Shown here: piece after piece, positions 38,671 to 49,275 of the stretch
Layout of the letters: each line of letters begins with the position of its first letter
How positions within the stretch are numbered: position 1 is the first letter of the stretch
Source: Candidatus Bathyarchaeota archaeon
GTDB lineage: Archaea; Thermoproteota; Bathyarchaeia; Bathyarchaeales; Bathycorpusculaceae
Assembly (NCBI GenBank): GCA_963702095.1
Contig: OY969706.1
Coordinates: forward strand, 352,001 to 416,000
Direction of reading: 5' to 3'
DNA length: 64,000 bases
Program-made: the position numbers and the translations under genes
The notes under the pieces: generated by a model
Told to the model about the DNA's origin: nothing
Database searches by the model: none
What the model saw: the letters and a program-made list of their open reading frames with translations, nothing else

Positions 38671-40776
38671 ATGTTTGAATCCAAACCGTTCCAATTTGAA
38701 GCTAACGGCATAAGCGTCGCCATACTCCTACAGGTAACACTGATTCTAACAATAATATTCAACATACCCTTTGCCCGGCAAATCATCGGTTTTCTATACC
38801 TGACCTTTATCCCCGGATTTGCTATTCAACGCCTGCTCAAACTAGAACTCAGCCGCATAGAATCAGCGCTCTTCGACGTGGGCTTAAGCCTAGCTTTTTT
38901 GATGGGAATCGGTTTTCTCCTCAACACTTTAGCCCCAGCAATAGGCTTAACAAACCCACTTAACCTAAACTTTATTCTGGCTCTAACAAGCGTCTTCGTT
39001 ATTACAGCCCTCACCCTTCGCCGACAGGACACCTATAAAACCCTGCAAACGTTTTTTAACTTCAAAAAATCGCTCCCAATCCTTGTAGTTCTCGCGGTGG
39101 TTTTAGCATTAAGCATTGCAGGCGGCTTATCAGCCAGCTACAACTCGAACGCCAACACCTACATTTCGCTTATTATGTTGGGTTCGGTTGCCGTGTTGAT
39201 TGCCGTTGTGGCTTTGTTTAGAAAAAGTTTTTCACCAAGCCATTACCCCGTAATGGTTTTCGGCTTAGCTCTTGCGTTGCTGTTGAACGTGTCGCTTTTT
39301 TCCCAGTATATTGTGGGATTCGACATATTCGCCGAGTACTCCCTGTTCTCTAGCACCCTAAACAACCTGTATTGGAGCTCAGGGTTCCAATCCAGCTACA
39401 ACGCCATGTTAAGCGTCACCATACTGCCGACCATTTACTCAGTTGTTTTAGATTTAAGTGGCACTTGGCTGTTCAAAGTGATTTACCCCGCCATCTTCGC
39501 GTTTGTCCCATTGGGGCTCTTTATGCTCTTCAAGTTAAAGATGAGCAGAGAAGTCGCGTTTTTCTCAGCTGTCTTTTTCATATCCAACGTTGCCTTCTTC
39601 ACCGATTTAACCCAGCTTGCACGGCAAATGATAGGCGAAGTATTCTATGTCCTGCTGCTCCTAACCCTCTTCAACCACAAAATCGAAGGTACCTCAAAAT
39701 GGGTGATCTTCGCCATTTTCGGTTCAAGTTTAATCATGTCACATTACTCGTTGGCATACATCTTCTTGGCTTCAATCGCTGCAGTTTGGGTAATTGCCGC
39801 GTTGCGGGGACGGCGGTTTAAAGCGGTTACGGGTATCATGGTAATTTTATTCGGCGTTATGACTTTTGCCTGGTTCATCTATACTTCTTCAGGCGCCGCC
39901 TTCAACAACCTCCTAGTGGCAATAGACAGCGTACGCGCCCACTTGTCTTTCGACTTCTTTGACCCCGCATCAAGAGGCACCCAAGTTATGCAGGCAATCG
40001 GCGGCACCGCCGGAGTTACCTCTCTGTGGCATTCCATCGGCAGAGTCCAATTCTACATAGTCGAAGGCTTAATCATAATCGGTTTCCTAGCCGCACTACT
40101 GCAAAAAAGACTGAAAATCTTCAATGACGACTTCAAAATCCTAGTTTTCTTTAACCTCCTCCTTCTCTCTCTATGTGTGATTTTACCAAACTTTGCTGCA
40201 ACCTTCACCGCTTCCCGCTTCTACCAAGTTGCCTTAGTTCTGATAGCGCCTCTCTGTATTTTAGGCGGGTTGGCTACGCTGAAGTTTGTGACTAGAAACA
40301 GAGTCAAAAGAAAATACCTCATCGCATCCCTAGCCCTCCTTGTGTTGGTGCCGTTCTTTTTGTTCCAAACGGGCTTTGTCTACGAAATCTTCCACGACGA
40401 CACCATTTCGCTTCCACTTAGCGCTTATCGGCTAAACCCATTTGAGCTTGCACAAAGAGGAGTCATAACAGGTTATGAGGTGGCGGGTGCAAACTGGCTG
40501 ACTAAAAACCAAAACGCCAGTTACCCAGTCTACGGGGACGTAACTTCCTACTCCATCTTCGGCTACACCAATATAATCAACGGTGTCCCGCTGGCTCCAC
40601 AGTTTACTGCTTCTTCAGGCTCCTATGTTTACCTCAACCAGTACAACATTCGAGATGGCGTTGTTATCCAGTACAGTGGCGGCCAAACCTTCAACGTAAG
40701 CGAGATGTCTCCTACAATGGTTTCTTTGAACACGGTTTACTCAGCCGGCGACTGCGAAATATACACTGTTCCATAG
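38671..40776 (+). CDS. Polytopic membrane protein (DUF2206-like, GT-C-like)
   Basis: Many TM helices, 'G.D...EY', 'ARQ', 'SHY' and a soluble C-terminal domain. Confidence 0.7.
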   Translation: MFESKPFQFEANGISVAILLQVTLILTIIFNIPFARQIIGFLYLTFIPGFAIQRLLKLELSRIESALFDVGLSLAFLMGIGFLLNTLAPAIGLTNPLNLNFILALTSVFVITALTLRRQDTYKTLQTFFNFKKSLPILVVLAVVLALSIAGGLSASYNSNANTYISLIMLGSVAVLIAVVALFRKSFSPSHYPVMVFGLALALLLNVSLFSQYIVGFDIFAEYSLFSSTLNNLYWSSGFQSSYNAMLSVTILPTIYSVVLDLSGTWLFKVIYPAIFAFVPLGLFMLFKLKMSREVAFFSAVFFISNVAFFTDLTQLARQMIGEVFYVLLLLTLFNHKIEGTSKWVIFAIFGSSLIMSHYSLAYIFLASIAAVWVIAALRGRRFKAVTGIMVILFGVMTFAWFIYTSSGAAFNNLLVAIDSVRAHLSFDFFDPASRGTQVMQAIGGTAGVTSLWHSIGRVQFYIVEGLIIIGFLAALLQKRLKIFNDDFKILVFFNLLLLSLCVILPNFAATFTASRFYQVALVLIAPLCILGGLATLKFVTRNRVKRKYLIASLALLVLVPFFLFQTGFVYEIFHDDTISLPLSAYRLNPFELAQRGVITGYEVAGANWLTKNQNASYPVYGDVTSYSIFGYTNIINGVPLAPQFTASSGSYVYLNQYNIRDGVVIQYSGGQTFNVSEMSPTMVSLNTVYSAGDCEIYTVP

Positions 40777-41364
40777 GTGGAAGGCTTGTTTTTCTCCACA
40801 TTCCTAGACGTTATCTGGACAAATATAGTGTCCAAATTCTCCAAGCCACTGGGCACAGTAGCCATCGGGCAACACACCTATGGAAAACCAAAAATCCTAA
40901 GCCTAAGCAGAGACAACGTGTTAGTCATAGGCAAATACTGCTCTATCGGCGACGACGTCACATTCATCGGCATCGGCGGACAACACACTTACAAACACGT
41001 AGCCAATTTCCCACTGTTTAGCCAAACAAAATATTCGCCGGATTGGAGTCAAATCGAAGAATGCAGGGGTACGCCGACCATAATCGGCAATGATGTCTGG
41101 ATAGGCAAAGGAGCCACAATAATGCCCAAGGTTAAAGTCGGCGATGGCGCAGTTGTGGGTGCATGTGCGTTGGTGACTAAGGATGTGCCGCCTTACGCGG
41201 TTGTAGGCGGCGTCCCCGCAAAAATCATTCGGTATCGTTTCACGGATGAGCAGATTGAATGGTTGCTAAGAATTGCTTGGTGGAATTGGAGCCGAGAAAA
41301 AATCACAGAGAATATCGCTTTTTTCTACAGTGACGTAGCTGATTTTATCCGGCGCTTCTCTTAA
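40777..41364 (+). CDS. CatB/Vat-like hexapeptide O-acetyltransferase
   Basis: IGNDVWIG, VTKDVPPYAVVGGVPAK.IRYRF, WW.W. Confidence 0.9.
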   Translation: MEGLFFSTFLDVIWTNIVSKFSKPLGTVAIGQHTYGKPKILSLSRDNVLVIGKYCSIGDDVTFIGIGGQHTYKHVANFPLFSQTKYSPDWSQIEECRGTPTIIGNDVWIGKGATIMPKVKVGDGAVVGACALVTKDVPPYAVVGGVPAKIIRYRFTDEQIEWLLRIAWWNWSREKITENIAFFYSDVADFIRRFS

Positions 41365-41376
41365 GGAGACGGTTTT

Positions 41377-42243
41377 TTGGATTTAGACATCATTGTCTGC
41401 GCAAAAAATCAAGCTGCCTACCTAAACCAAATCCTAAAGCAAATAACCAAAGAAGTGCCCCATAAAAACCTAATTGTAATCTATGGATCGTCAAAAGACA
41501 CGACGCAGCAGGTGGCAGAAAAGTACACACGACAGGTTTTCTGGGATGAAGACCATGGACTCGGCGCCGCCCGCGCCCTAGGAGTGGCTAAAGCATCTTC
41601 CGAAATTGTGGCGATGGTTGACGCCGACGTTATTTTGGCAGAGGACTGGTATAGAAAACTTATCGGCTGCTTTGACAATCCAGCGGTTGCAGCAGTTATG
41701 GGCACCTGCGTCTACGGCTATGGATGCAAACCCCTTGAAGCATATTGGGAGTACATTCGCCGCACTGAAAAAGTCAATTATGGCTGCCAAAACACAATGT
41801 TCCGGCGGGAAGCCGTACTGGAAGTCGGCAACTTTGACTCATGTATACGGGGCGCCGGCGAAGATTACGATTTGTTTCTACGGCTGTCTGCGGCAGGATA
41901 CGTTTGGCTGTGGGCAAAGCAGGCAAGCGTATATCACCCTATGACTATGCATGAATACCTAAAGCATGTAAGCTGGTGGACACGGGGCAGACCCTATGTG
42001 GATGAAGTTGAGCGGTGGGCAGGCGAAACCTCGGTTTTTCGGGTCTACATGCGCCAGATGCTTCTGATGTTTGAATCACTCAAGAAAGCAGAAAAACTCT
42101 CAGTCAAGGTGCACCCCACATTTCTCGTCTACTGGCCTGCAGTCAGCCTAAACAGCGCCTTAATCGTTCTTAGCGAACTGAAAAAACGAAACCTCCAATA
42201 CCTTAAACAGCCTGCCGCCTGCCAGCAGACCCACCCTGCGTAA
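41377..42243 (+). CDS. Glycosyltransferase family 2
   Basis: AR..G, VDAD, GED.D. Confidence 0.85.
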   Translation: MDLDIIVCAKNQAAYLNQILKQITKEVPHKNLIVIYGSSKDTTQQVAEKYTRQVFWDEDHGLGAARALGVAKASSEIVAMVDADVILAEDWYRKLIGCFDNPAVAAVMGTCVYGYGCKPLEAYWEYIRRTEKVNYGCQNTMFRREAVLEVGNFDSCIRGAGEDYDLFLRLSAAGYVWLWAKQASVYHPMTMHEYLKHVSWWTRGRPYVDEVERWAGETSVFRVYMRQMLLMFESLKKAEKLSVKVHPTFLVYWPAVSLNSALIVLSELKKRNLQYLKQPAACQQTHPA

Positions 42244-42255
42244 ACTCAGCTAACA

Positions 42256-43449
42256 TTGGAAAGATGCCCTATGCGTATCTGTCATGTTTGGCACAATTTT
42301 CAGCCTTGGGCAATGGGTGGCGTCGAACGCTACATATTAACGCTGTCCAATTATCTAGGCAATAGGCACCCTGAAATAGAATTCGCCCTAATCACCGATA
42401 ACACTGAGTACCAGTTTTTTAAGTCGCGTAAACTTCCCAAACATGAACAGTTTGACCGGTTAGGAGTCTACAGGTTTGGTCCAAACCTGCTAAGCGTCAG
42501 CAGAAGCGTATATTATCAACTAAGCCACCGTAACTCCAAAAAACTCATGGAGATGCTGGCTTCAAAACTCTACAAAGAAATGGCGAGCACCCCCCAGATC
42601 GCAGACTCCGATATTTTTCATGTTCATGGCTTGTGGGATTCACAATACCCGACCGTGGGTTTACAGCTTAGTCAACGCTTCAATAAACCTCTCGTTGTCT
42701 CATTGCACGGCGACAGCGTGGGCACCGAGCATCCCCATTCTATGCCACTAGAAAAAAACGCCTTCACATCTCTGCTCACAAAAGCTTCAGCGATCACAAC
42801 ATACTCCCAAACAGTGTTTGCGGCACTAAAAAAAATGGGGTTTACCCACAAAAGCCACTTAATCCCCAATTTCATCGACACCGCCTACTTCAAACGTCCC
42901 TTCTCAGCAGAAAACGCTTCATTAGGCAATAGTGTGGTCATGGTTTGCCGACTTGACCCTTTCAAAGACCCCCTAACAGCGGTGCAGGCATTTGCGTTAG
43001 TAGCCAAAGTGGAACCTCATGCTACTCTACAGATCGTGGGGGACGGACCGTTGTTTGAACCGATGAAGAAGCTTATTTGCGAACTTGGGTTGGAAAACAA
43101 CGTTTTTTTGATGGGGCAGCATGCGGATGTGCGTCCGTTTCTGTGGGGCAACGACATTTTTTTGACTGGCAACGCATTCATCAGTGTCTTGGAAGCGTGG
43201 TCGGCTGGGTTGGCAGTGGTTGCCGCCAAAGGTGAAACCACCGGGAAGCTTATCGCTGACGGCGAAAATGGGCTGCTTGTGCAGCCAAAAAACCCTCGGG
43301 ACCTTGCGTCGGCGTTGCTGCAGGTTATGCGTGACAACTCATGCCGCACAGTATTCGTTAAGAACGGGTTGGAAGCAGCAGGTTTATTTGACGTGGGCTG
43401 TTCGGGGGAACATTTCTCGGAGATTTATAGGTCAATTTCGGCTGCTTAG
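42256..43449 (+). CDS. Glycosyltransferase family 4
   Basis: GGVE, H.H, IPN.ID, R...K, LEA...G. Confidence 0.88.
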   Translation: MERCPMRICHVWHNFQPWAMGGVERYILTLSNYLGNRHPEIEFALITDNTEYQFFKSRKLPKHEQFDRLGVYRFGPNLLSVSRSVYYQLSHRNSKKLMEMLASKLYKEMASTPQIADSDIFHVHGLWDSQYPTVGLQLSQRFNKPLVVSLHGDSVGTEHPHSMPLEKNAFTSLLTKASAITTYSQTVFAALKKMGFTHKSHLIPNFIDTAYFKRPFSAENASLGNSVVMVCRLDPFKDPLTAVQAFALVAKVEPHATLQIVGDGPLFEPMKKLICELGLENNVFLMGQHADVRPFLWGNDIFLTGNAFISVLEAWSAGLAVVAAKGETTGKLIADGENGLLVQPKNPRDLASALLQVMRDNSCRTVFVKNGLEAAGLFDVGCSGEHFSEIYRSISAA

Positions 43450-43553
43450 CGGCTTTACGTTAGAAAACAAAAGCTTTAAACACTTTCAACCGATAACTAA
43501 TCTAGGTTTCTATTAAGCAACCGTTTTTTAAGCTGTAATATTGAGGTTTTTTA

Positions 43554-46500
43554 ATGAAGCAAAAATACATAGTTTTAGCGTTGTTCTTGGTTTTGTTTGT
43601 AAGCAGCGTTTCAGAAAGTATCACTCTCTTTATTGGCAATTCAGTTTTCGCTCAAGGAGGCACTTCATCCTCTTGGCTAGACCCTGCTTGGAGTAACCGC
43701 CAAGCCATAACAGTAGATAACTCCCATAACGCAAACAGCCTCACAGACTACCAATTACGCTTCAACGTAACCTACGCTGACGCTATGAAAAGCGACTTCT
43801 CGGATTTGCGTTTCACATCAGGCGACGGAGTAACCCTTGTTCCCTTTTGGCTTGAAAGCTATGTGCCCTCTGTTTCCGCTGTCGTCTGGGTAAAAGTTCC
43901 TAACGTCGCAGCTTCAGGCACAACAACCCTCTACATGTACTATGGCAACCCCGCTGCAACCAGCATTAGCAATGGAAAGGGTACCTTTGATTTCTTCGAC
44001 GACTTCGAAAATCCTGCCTCAGGCTGGATGACAAAGCAGTCGATTCCTCACACCACTGCAGATGCAACTGCAGCCGTATACAACGGTAAACTGTACGTTT
44101 TTGGTGGGTACGATAAAACTGCAACCGACATACTTGACATAGTTTATGAGTATAACCCTCAGACGAACACTTGGGCAGAGAAAACCAATATGCCTACTGC
44201 CCGATGGGGTGAAATCGCTGTCCAATACAACGGTAAAATCTATGTTTTCGGCGGACAAACCAACCCAGCTGTTGACCTCCAAACGGGTTCCCCGCAGAAC
44301 ATCAACAAGTACTCCAACAACCCATTAACCGCCATTCCACAGTATGGTGCCTTAGGAAACGTTCACCCAGACGTCGTCTATTTCCCAGAGGGCCAAGACG
44401 GCTACAAATACTGGATGACCTACACCCCCTACACCTATGGTGCGCTCTCCGAAAACCCAAGCATTGTTAGAAGCAACGACGGCTTAACTTGGACAGACGC
44501 TGGCATCACCAACCCTGTTATTCCCCCAGGAACTGCTGGTGCATTCAATGACTTAGAAAACCCTGATCCAGACTTCCTCTATGTTGCAGACTACAATAAG
44601 TGGTTCATGGTTTGGGACGGCGGCAACGCAGCAACCGATAGCAGGAAAATAGCGTTAGTGTATTCAACCGACGGAAAAACTTGGACGCAGTACAATGGCA
44701 TTGCAGTAAACGGCAACATTGATCCAGTGATTCTTTCAGGAGATGACTCAAACGGGCAAGCTTGGGAGAGACTGGGTTCGGTGTCAAAAGTCAGCGTGCC
44801 CACGTTGTACTATGAAAACGGCGTTTTCTACCTGTACTACGCTGAAGAGGCAAGCGGCAACAACCGTGGACAAGTCGGTTTAGCTACCTTCACATGGAAT
44901 GACGCCTCCAACAGCGTCACAAACCTAGTGCGCAACCCCAACAACCCGATAATCAACCTGCCCGAAGATAGCACTTTTAAAAGCGGCATTGGCCACCTCG
45001 ACATCGTCAAGAGCCCTGATGGCAGCCAATACTGGATGTACGGCGTCAGAGAAACCGTGGCTTCCTCAGTTTTTGAACTCGTCCAGCTTTCGTCATCAAC
45101 AAAGACAACATGGAACTATGACGGAGTAGTCCTATCGCCTGGTGCTTTAGGAAGCTGGGATGGACTCTATATTTACCGTTCCGCACCAGTCGTCGACCAA
45201 ACTGGAAAAGTGGTCTTATTCAACAATGCGATGCAACTCTACTACAGTGCTTGGACATCAACCTCTGTTCCCAGCATCGGTTTAGCATCGGTGATCCCAT
45301 ACTACGGGGTCTTAGGAAACCCCTATGCCGGGCAACCCAACGTGTGGGATGAGGCAATCCAAATGACCAAATTCCGCTTCGACGGCGTCACAGGAACATA
45401 CACTGGCTCCATTTCAGTCTATTTATCTTCAGTAGCAAGCGCCTCCAATAACAAGGTAGTAGTGGGAATCTACGATCAAAACCTCCAAAAAATCGCTGAG
45501 AGCACCGAAATAGTCGGTTTAACCACTGGATGGCAAACCTTCAACTTAACAGGCACGTTTTCACTCGTCGCTGACACCGATTACTACCTTGTCTCCCACG
45601 CGCCACAGGGTAACCAAGGAGCATTCATCGATGGAAGTCAACCGCAAAGCAGTTGGAAAACAAGTCCCTACACCGGAACATTGCCCGCCTCGCTTTCGCC
45701 GGTTTCAAGTCAAGAAAACGGCGTCTACGCAATATTCTGTACCTACACCAACCCAGCGATGAACACGGCAGCAAAGATACCGCCCCTGTCTTTGCCTGTA
45801 CCACACACAAACGAAGTTTACGACCCCTCAACCGACACTTGGACAACAAAAAGCGATGTACCAGCAGACATTGCCTACCAAGGTTTAATGGGCGTGTTGT
45901 TTGGAAACCAAATTCACCTCTTCTACAAGAACTACCACTACGTCTATTTCACAGAAAACGACAGCTACGTCAGAAAAGCCGATGTTCCCACCCAGAGGAC
46001 ATGGGGCACCTGCGCTGTTGTAGACAACAAAATCTACGTCATCGGCGGCTACTCATACAGTGAACCAACTGGTGCTTCCAACGTAAACGAAGTCTATGGC
46101 CCAGCGACCGACACTTGGACAACCAATGCACCTCTGCCTGTAAGCCTAATCGGGACAACCCGGGAAAACCCTGTTATCGACGGTAAAATCATCGTTACCC
46201 ACGGGTTAGACGCTTTAGCAGGTAACTTCCATGTGGAAACCTACGTTTACGATCCAGCAACCAACGCGTGGGTTGAAGGGTCTTCTGCAGGTTATCCTCG
46301 TGACGGAGTCGCATGTGGCGTCATCGCAGACAAACTCTATGTGGTCGGTGGCAGAGCAGACATTCCAGGACCCTATGGACTTGACTACAACGAAGTGTAT
46401 GACCCCAGCCTCGACAACAGAGATGGCAGTTTATGGGCTGTCTCCAGTAGCGCAAACGTCTATGCTGACTCATCCGCTAAATACCAGGGCAACTACGGCT

Positions 46501-47243
46501 TATTAATCAACGACAACTATACCAGCAACTCACAGTATGCAGAACACAAAATCAGCTTAGACCAAGCTGTGGTTGACTTAGACTGGGACATAACTAACGA
46601 TTTAGGAATAAGTTCGCTGCAGCCTCAGGGAAGAATCTTGTTTGTTGACCCTTCACTGGCACAATATGGAACACTATACCTGTATAACGATGCGGGTACG
46701 CCGAGTTTCAAATGGTACACAGGCGCATTCACAACGTTGCAATCCGCCAATTGGAACACTTGGTATCATATCTCGATTGTTTTTGCTGGCAGTAGCAGCA
46801 AAGTCATAATCAACGGCGTTACCTATCTGGTAACTGCGGAGTCGGTGACCGGTGACAGAATCCGATTAGACACAAGCAATGCGGAGGTAACCAGAGCCTA
46901 CTTTGACAATGTTAACGTCCACAAATACACTGCTGTAGAACCAACAGTTGCTTTTGGTCTAGCAGAGTCACAATCACCACAGGCGACAACTACACCCACA
47001 GCCACCCCGACATCCAACCCCACCACACATCCACCTACTTCCCCGACAACCCAACCCGCCGACAAGCCAACACCTACAGCCACACCTCCATCGCCGACAC
47101 CAACCCCCACACCCAGCTCATCGGACAACGGAGCAAGCGTACCCATTGAGGTAATCATTGCAGCCTCCGCTTCAGTAGCCGTTGCCGCAATATTTGGCGT
47201 CGCTGCCACAATAATAAGCCGCAGGAAAAAACCGAAGATGTAA
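43554..47243 (+). CDS. Large surface protein: DUF2341 + Kelch repeats + GH43-like propeller + beta-sandwich + PT linker + TM
   Basis: DFSDLRF..VWVK.P..YMYYGNP (DUF2341), VFGG/VIGG Kelch blades, S.DG.TW Asp boxes, C-terminal TM and RRKK. Confidence 0.8.
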   Translation: MKQKYIVLALFLVLFVSSVSESITLFIGNSVFAQGGTSSSWLDPAWSNRQAITVDNSHNANSLTDYQLRFNVTYADAMKSDFSDLRFTSGDGVTLVPFWLESYVPSVSAVVWVKVPNVAASGTTTLYMYYGNPAATSISNGKGTFDFFDDFENPASGWMTKQSIPHTTADATAAVYNGKLYVFGGYDKTATDILDIVYEYNPQTNTWAEKTNMPTARWGEIAVQYNGKIYVFGGQTNPAVDLQTGSPQNINKYSNNPLTAIPQYGALGNVHPDVVYFPEGQDGYKYWMTYTPYTYGALSENPSIVRSNDGLTWTDAGITNPVIPPGTAGAFNDLENPDPDFLYVADYNKWFMVWDGGNAATDSRKIALVYSTDGKTWTQYNGIAVNGNIDPVILSGDDSNGQAWERLGSVSKVSVPTLYYENGVFYLYYAEEASGNNRGQVGLATFTWNDASNSVTNLVRNPNNPIINLPEDSTFKSGIGHLDIVKSPDGSQYWMYGVRETVASSVFELVQLSSSTKTTWNYDGVVLSPGALGSWDGLYIYRSAPVVDQTGKVVLFNNAMQLYYSAWTSTSVPSIGLASVIPYYGVLGNPYAGQPNVWDEAIQMTKFRFDGVTGTYTGSISVYLSSVASASNNKVVVGIYDQNLQKIAESTEIVGLTTGWQTFNLTGTFSLVADTDYYLVSHAPQGNQGAFIDGSQPQSSWKTSPYTGTLPASLSPVSSQENGVYAIFCTYTNPAMNTAAKIPPLSLPVPHTNEVYDPSTDTWTTKSDVPADIAYQGLMGVLFGNQIHLFYKNYHYVYFTENDSYVRKADVPTQRTWGTCAVVDNKIYVIGGYSYSEPTGASNVNEVYGPATDTWTTNAPLPVSLIGTTRENPVIDGKIIVTHGLDALAGNFHVETYVYDPATNAWVEGSSAGYPRDGVACGVIADKLYVVGGRADIPGPYGLDYNEVYDPSLDNRDGSLWAVSSSANVYADSSAKYQGNYGLLINDNYTSNSQYAEHKISLDQAVVDLDWDITNDLGISSLQPQGRILFVDPSLAQYGTLYLYNDAGTPSFKWYTGAFTTLQSANWNTWYHISIVFAGSSSKVIINGVTYLVTAESVTGDRIRLDTSNAEVTRAYFDNVNVHKYTAVEPTVAFGLAESQSPQATTTPTATPTSNPTTHPPTSPTTQPADKPTPTATPPSPTPTPTPSSSDNGASVPIEVIIAASASVAVAAIFGVAATIISRRKKPKM

Positions 47244-47563
47244 CCTGCCTTGGGTTGCTACAAAACAGTCGGCGTTAGAAGTGTGTCAACGCCAAGAAAC
47301 TTTTTTACTCTTTTTTTCGTAAAACGTGAAGCTTGGCAGTGCTGTCGTAGTCTAATTTGACCCGCCCTGCACCATTAACATAGAAAACCTGCACATGTTT
47401 TCCACAGTGCGAACAAATCAGATGCTCATTTTTGTGCAAGGGATGCTCTCACCTATCCATGCATTGACTAGCTGCATGTAAATACTTATGTGGTTGTGTC
47501 CAAGAAGCAAACAACAAAATGCCCCATTCATGCTTTGGCGTTTCCCCAGTTGGGCGCTGGAAA

Positions 47564-48490
47564 CTAATGTTTTCTAACGTACGCTGAAGCCTTCATCGCC
47601 GCCATCGCGCCTTCACCTGCAGCCGTTACCACTTGCATTCCGCCACATGTGCAGTCTCCCGCGGCAAAAACGCCTTCTACGTTGGTTTGCTGGTTTCGGT
47701 TCACGGTTAAGCAGCCGTTGCGGTCGGTTGCTAATCCTGCTTTTTGCACGATAGCGGTGAGGGGTACGCCGCCTAAAGCGATAAAGACACCTTTTACCTC
47801 CAACTCGCCTTTCTTTTGAGTGCCGAAGTCAATTAGTGCTATGGATTTCACGATTTTTTCGCCCTTAATCTCTGTGACTTTACCCATAACTATCTCCACG
47901 TTAGCCTTGGCTTTAAGCCGCTCAAGCAGCATACCCTCCATGTTGAGCGAGTTTTCCTGGCTAACCACCGTTACTTTGCTCGCTAACTCCGCAAGCGTCA
48001 ACGCATCCGCCGCCGCTTCTTCGCCGTTGCCTACCACTGCCACCTCCTTCTTGCGGAAGAATGGGCCGTCACAAATTGCGCAGTAGCTTACGCCGCCGCC
48101 TAAAAACTCGTTTTCGCCGGCTACGAGAAGCTTACGCCTTTGTGTCCCAGTGGCAACTATGAGAACCGGTGCCTCATAGGTTTTCTTGCGTGAAACCACC
48201 CGCTTAGCATCGCCCAGTTCTATGCCCACAACGTTTTCGTCAACTCGGAATTCAGCGCCAAAACCAGCCGCTTGAGCATTCATTTTCTCAACGAGTTCTC
48301 TGCCTTTAATGCCGCCTGGGAAACCGGGGAAATTCTCGATTTTGGGCGCCAACCATGCTCTGCCACCTGCGATGCCTCCCTCTAAAACCACGGTTTTTAA
48401 TCCTAACCAGGCTGCGTAGATGGCGGCGGTTAAACCTGCGGGGCCGGCACCCACTATTATTAGGTCAAATTTCTGGGTTTCATTCAACAA
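47564..48490 (-). CDS. trxB: Thioredoxin reductase
   Basis: GAGPAG, ATG, GVSYCAICDG, FAAGD. Confidence 0.9.
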   Translation of the reverse strand: MLNETQKFDLIIVGAGPAGLTAAIYAAWLGLKTVVLEGGIAGGRAWLAPKIENFPGFPGGIKGRELVEKMNAQAAGFGAEFRVDENVVGIELGDAKRVVSRKKTYEAPVLIVATGTQRRKLLVAGENEFLGGGVSYCAICDGPFFRKKEVAVVGNGEEAAADALTLAELASKVTVVSQENSLNMEGMLLERLKAKANVEIVMGKVTEIKGEKIVKSIALIDFGTQKKGELEVKGVFIALGGVPLTAIVQKAGLATDRNGCLTVNRNQQTNVEGVFAAGDCTCGGMQVVTAAGEGAMAAMKASAYVRKH

Positions 48491-48562
48491 AAAACCTCCC
48501 GAAAAAGCTATTTCCTAGAGCGGGTGGGGAAACTAAAATGTTTTGGAAAACTGTTTCCGGGT

Positions 48563-48922
48563 TTACTCGATGGGTTCTTCATCAACGTTGAGGAACTGCT
48601 TGATTTGGCTCATGATCTTCTGGAGTTCTTTTTCTGTTAAGGGGGGATCATAGGGTATACGGAGGACATCCCAACCCTGCATTGTAAGGAGGTCGTCGAT
48701 TTCCTCGTCTTTTTCTAGTTGCTTATCTTTTTTGTGCACTGGGTTGCCGTCTAAGTAGACGATTTTACGTTTCTCCATCCAGCAGAAGTCGGGTATGGTG
48801 GATTTTAAAATGATTGGTTGCTGGGTAACCATGCCGCCTGTTAATCCGGAAATGCTAAGTGCCTTGAAGACTTCGATTTCTGCTCGGCTGACTTTAGGGT
48901 GCATCCTCTCTTTGTAACTCAA
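48563..48922 (-). CDS. Vsr/DUF559-like PD-(D/E)XK endonuclease
   Basis: S.AE, PDF, DG..H, D..L...GW.VLRI. Confidence 0.7.
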   Translation of the reverse strand: MSYKERMHPKVSRAEIEVFKALSISGLTGGMVTQQPIILKSTIPDFCWMEKRKIVYLDGNPVHKKDKQLEKDEEIDDLLTMQGWDVLRIPYDPPLTEKELQKIMSQIKQFLNVDEEPIE

Positions 48923-48989
48923 ATTAGTTCACAAAGTATTGAGGTGCTACTAAGCGCCTAATAAATTCTATACAACAAACCACATAAAG

Positions 48990-49162
48990 CAGTATGAGAA
49001 TACTGTAACCAAAAGTAAGCCTAGCGGATCAGTTACTGTTATCCCGCGACTCGAACCAAAAATAGGTCCCTAATCCTTCCCTTAGGGGCTGAAGCGATTC
49101 GAGCCCAGTTTAACTGCTGACCCGCCAAGCATGGGTGTACCTCTTGGATGGCTATTTCTCGC
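48990..49162 (-). ncRNA. Candidate rod-shaped ncRNA (about 170 nt)
   Basis: 14-bp helix 49117-49130/49019-49032, fully paired only on the minus strand (G-U); nested stems; TTTATACT at 49184-49191. Confidence 0.5.
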
Positions 49163-49275
49163 AAGATAACTACTATTTTGACAAGTATAAATGACCTTGT
49201 GACTGTGTCCAGTAGACAACAAACAGGCAAGTGTTATTATCAAAAACTAGAAGTCAAATGGTTGTTTTTGACTTT

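Noticed and set aside
40777-41364. Possible chloramphenicol/streptogramin resistance acetyltransferase
   Set aside because: Embedded between glycosyltransferases; a sugar O-acetyltransferase is the simpler reading.
46980-47120. Short tandem-like ACC/CCA repeats (also 58060-58235)
   Set aside because: Coding Pro/Thr linkers of surface proteins, not a CRISPR or satellite array.
47320-47560. Intergenic stretch vaguely resembling repeat A and the 4700-5010 element
   Set aside because: Only short scattered matches; no alignment I can support by eye.
49028-49047. Minus-strand GGGATAACAG..CTGAT resembling the 23S peptidyl-transferase loop or an I-SceI site
   Set aside because: Only about 10 nt match and the flanks are not rRNA-like; treated as coincidence.
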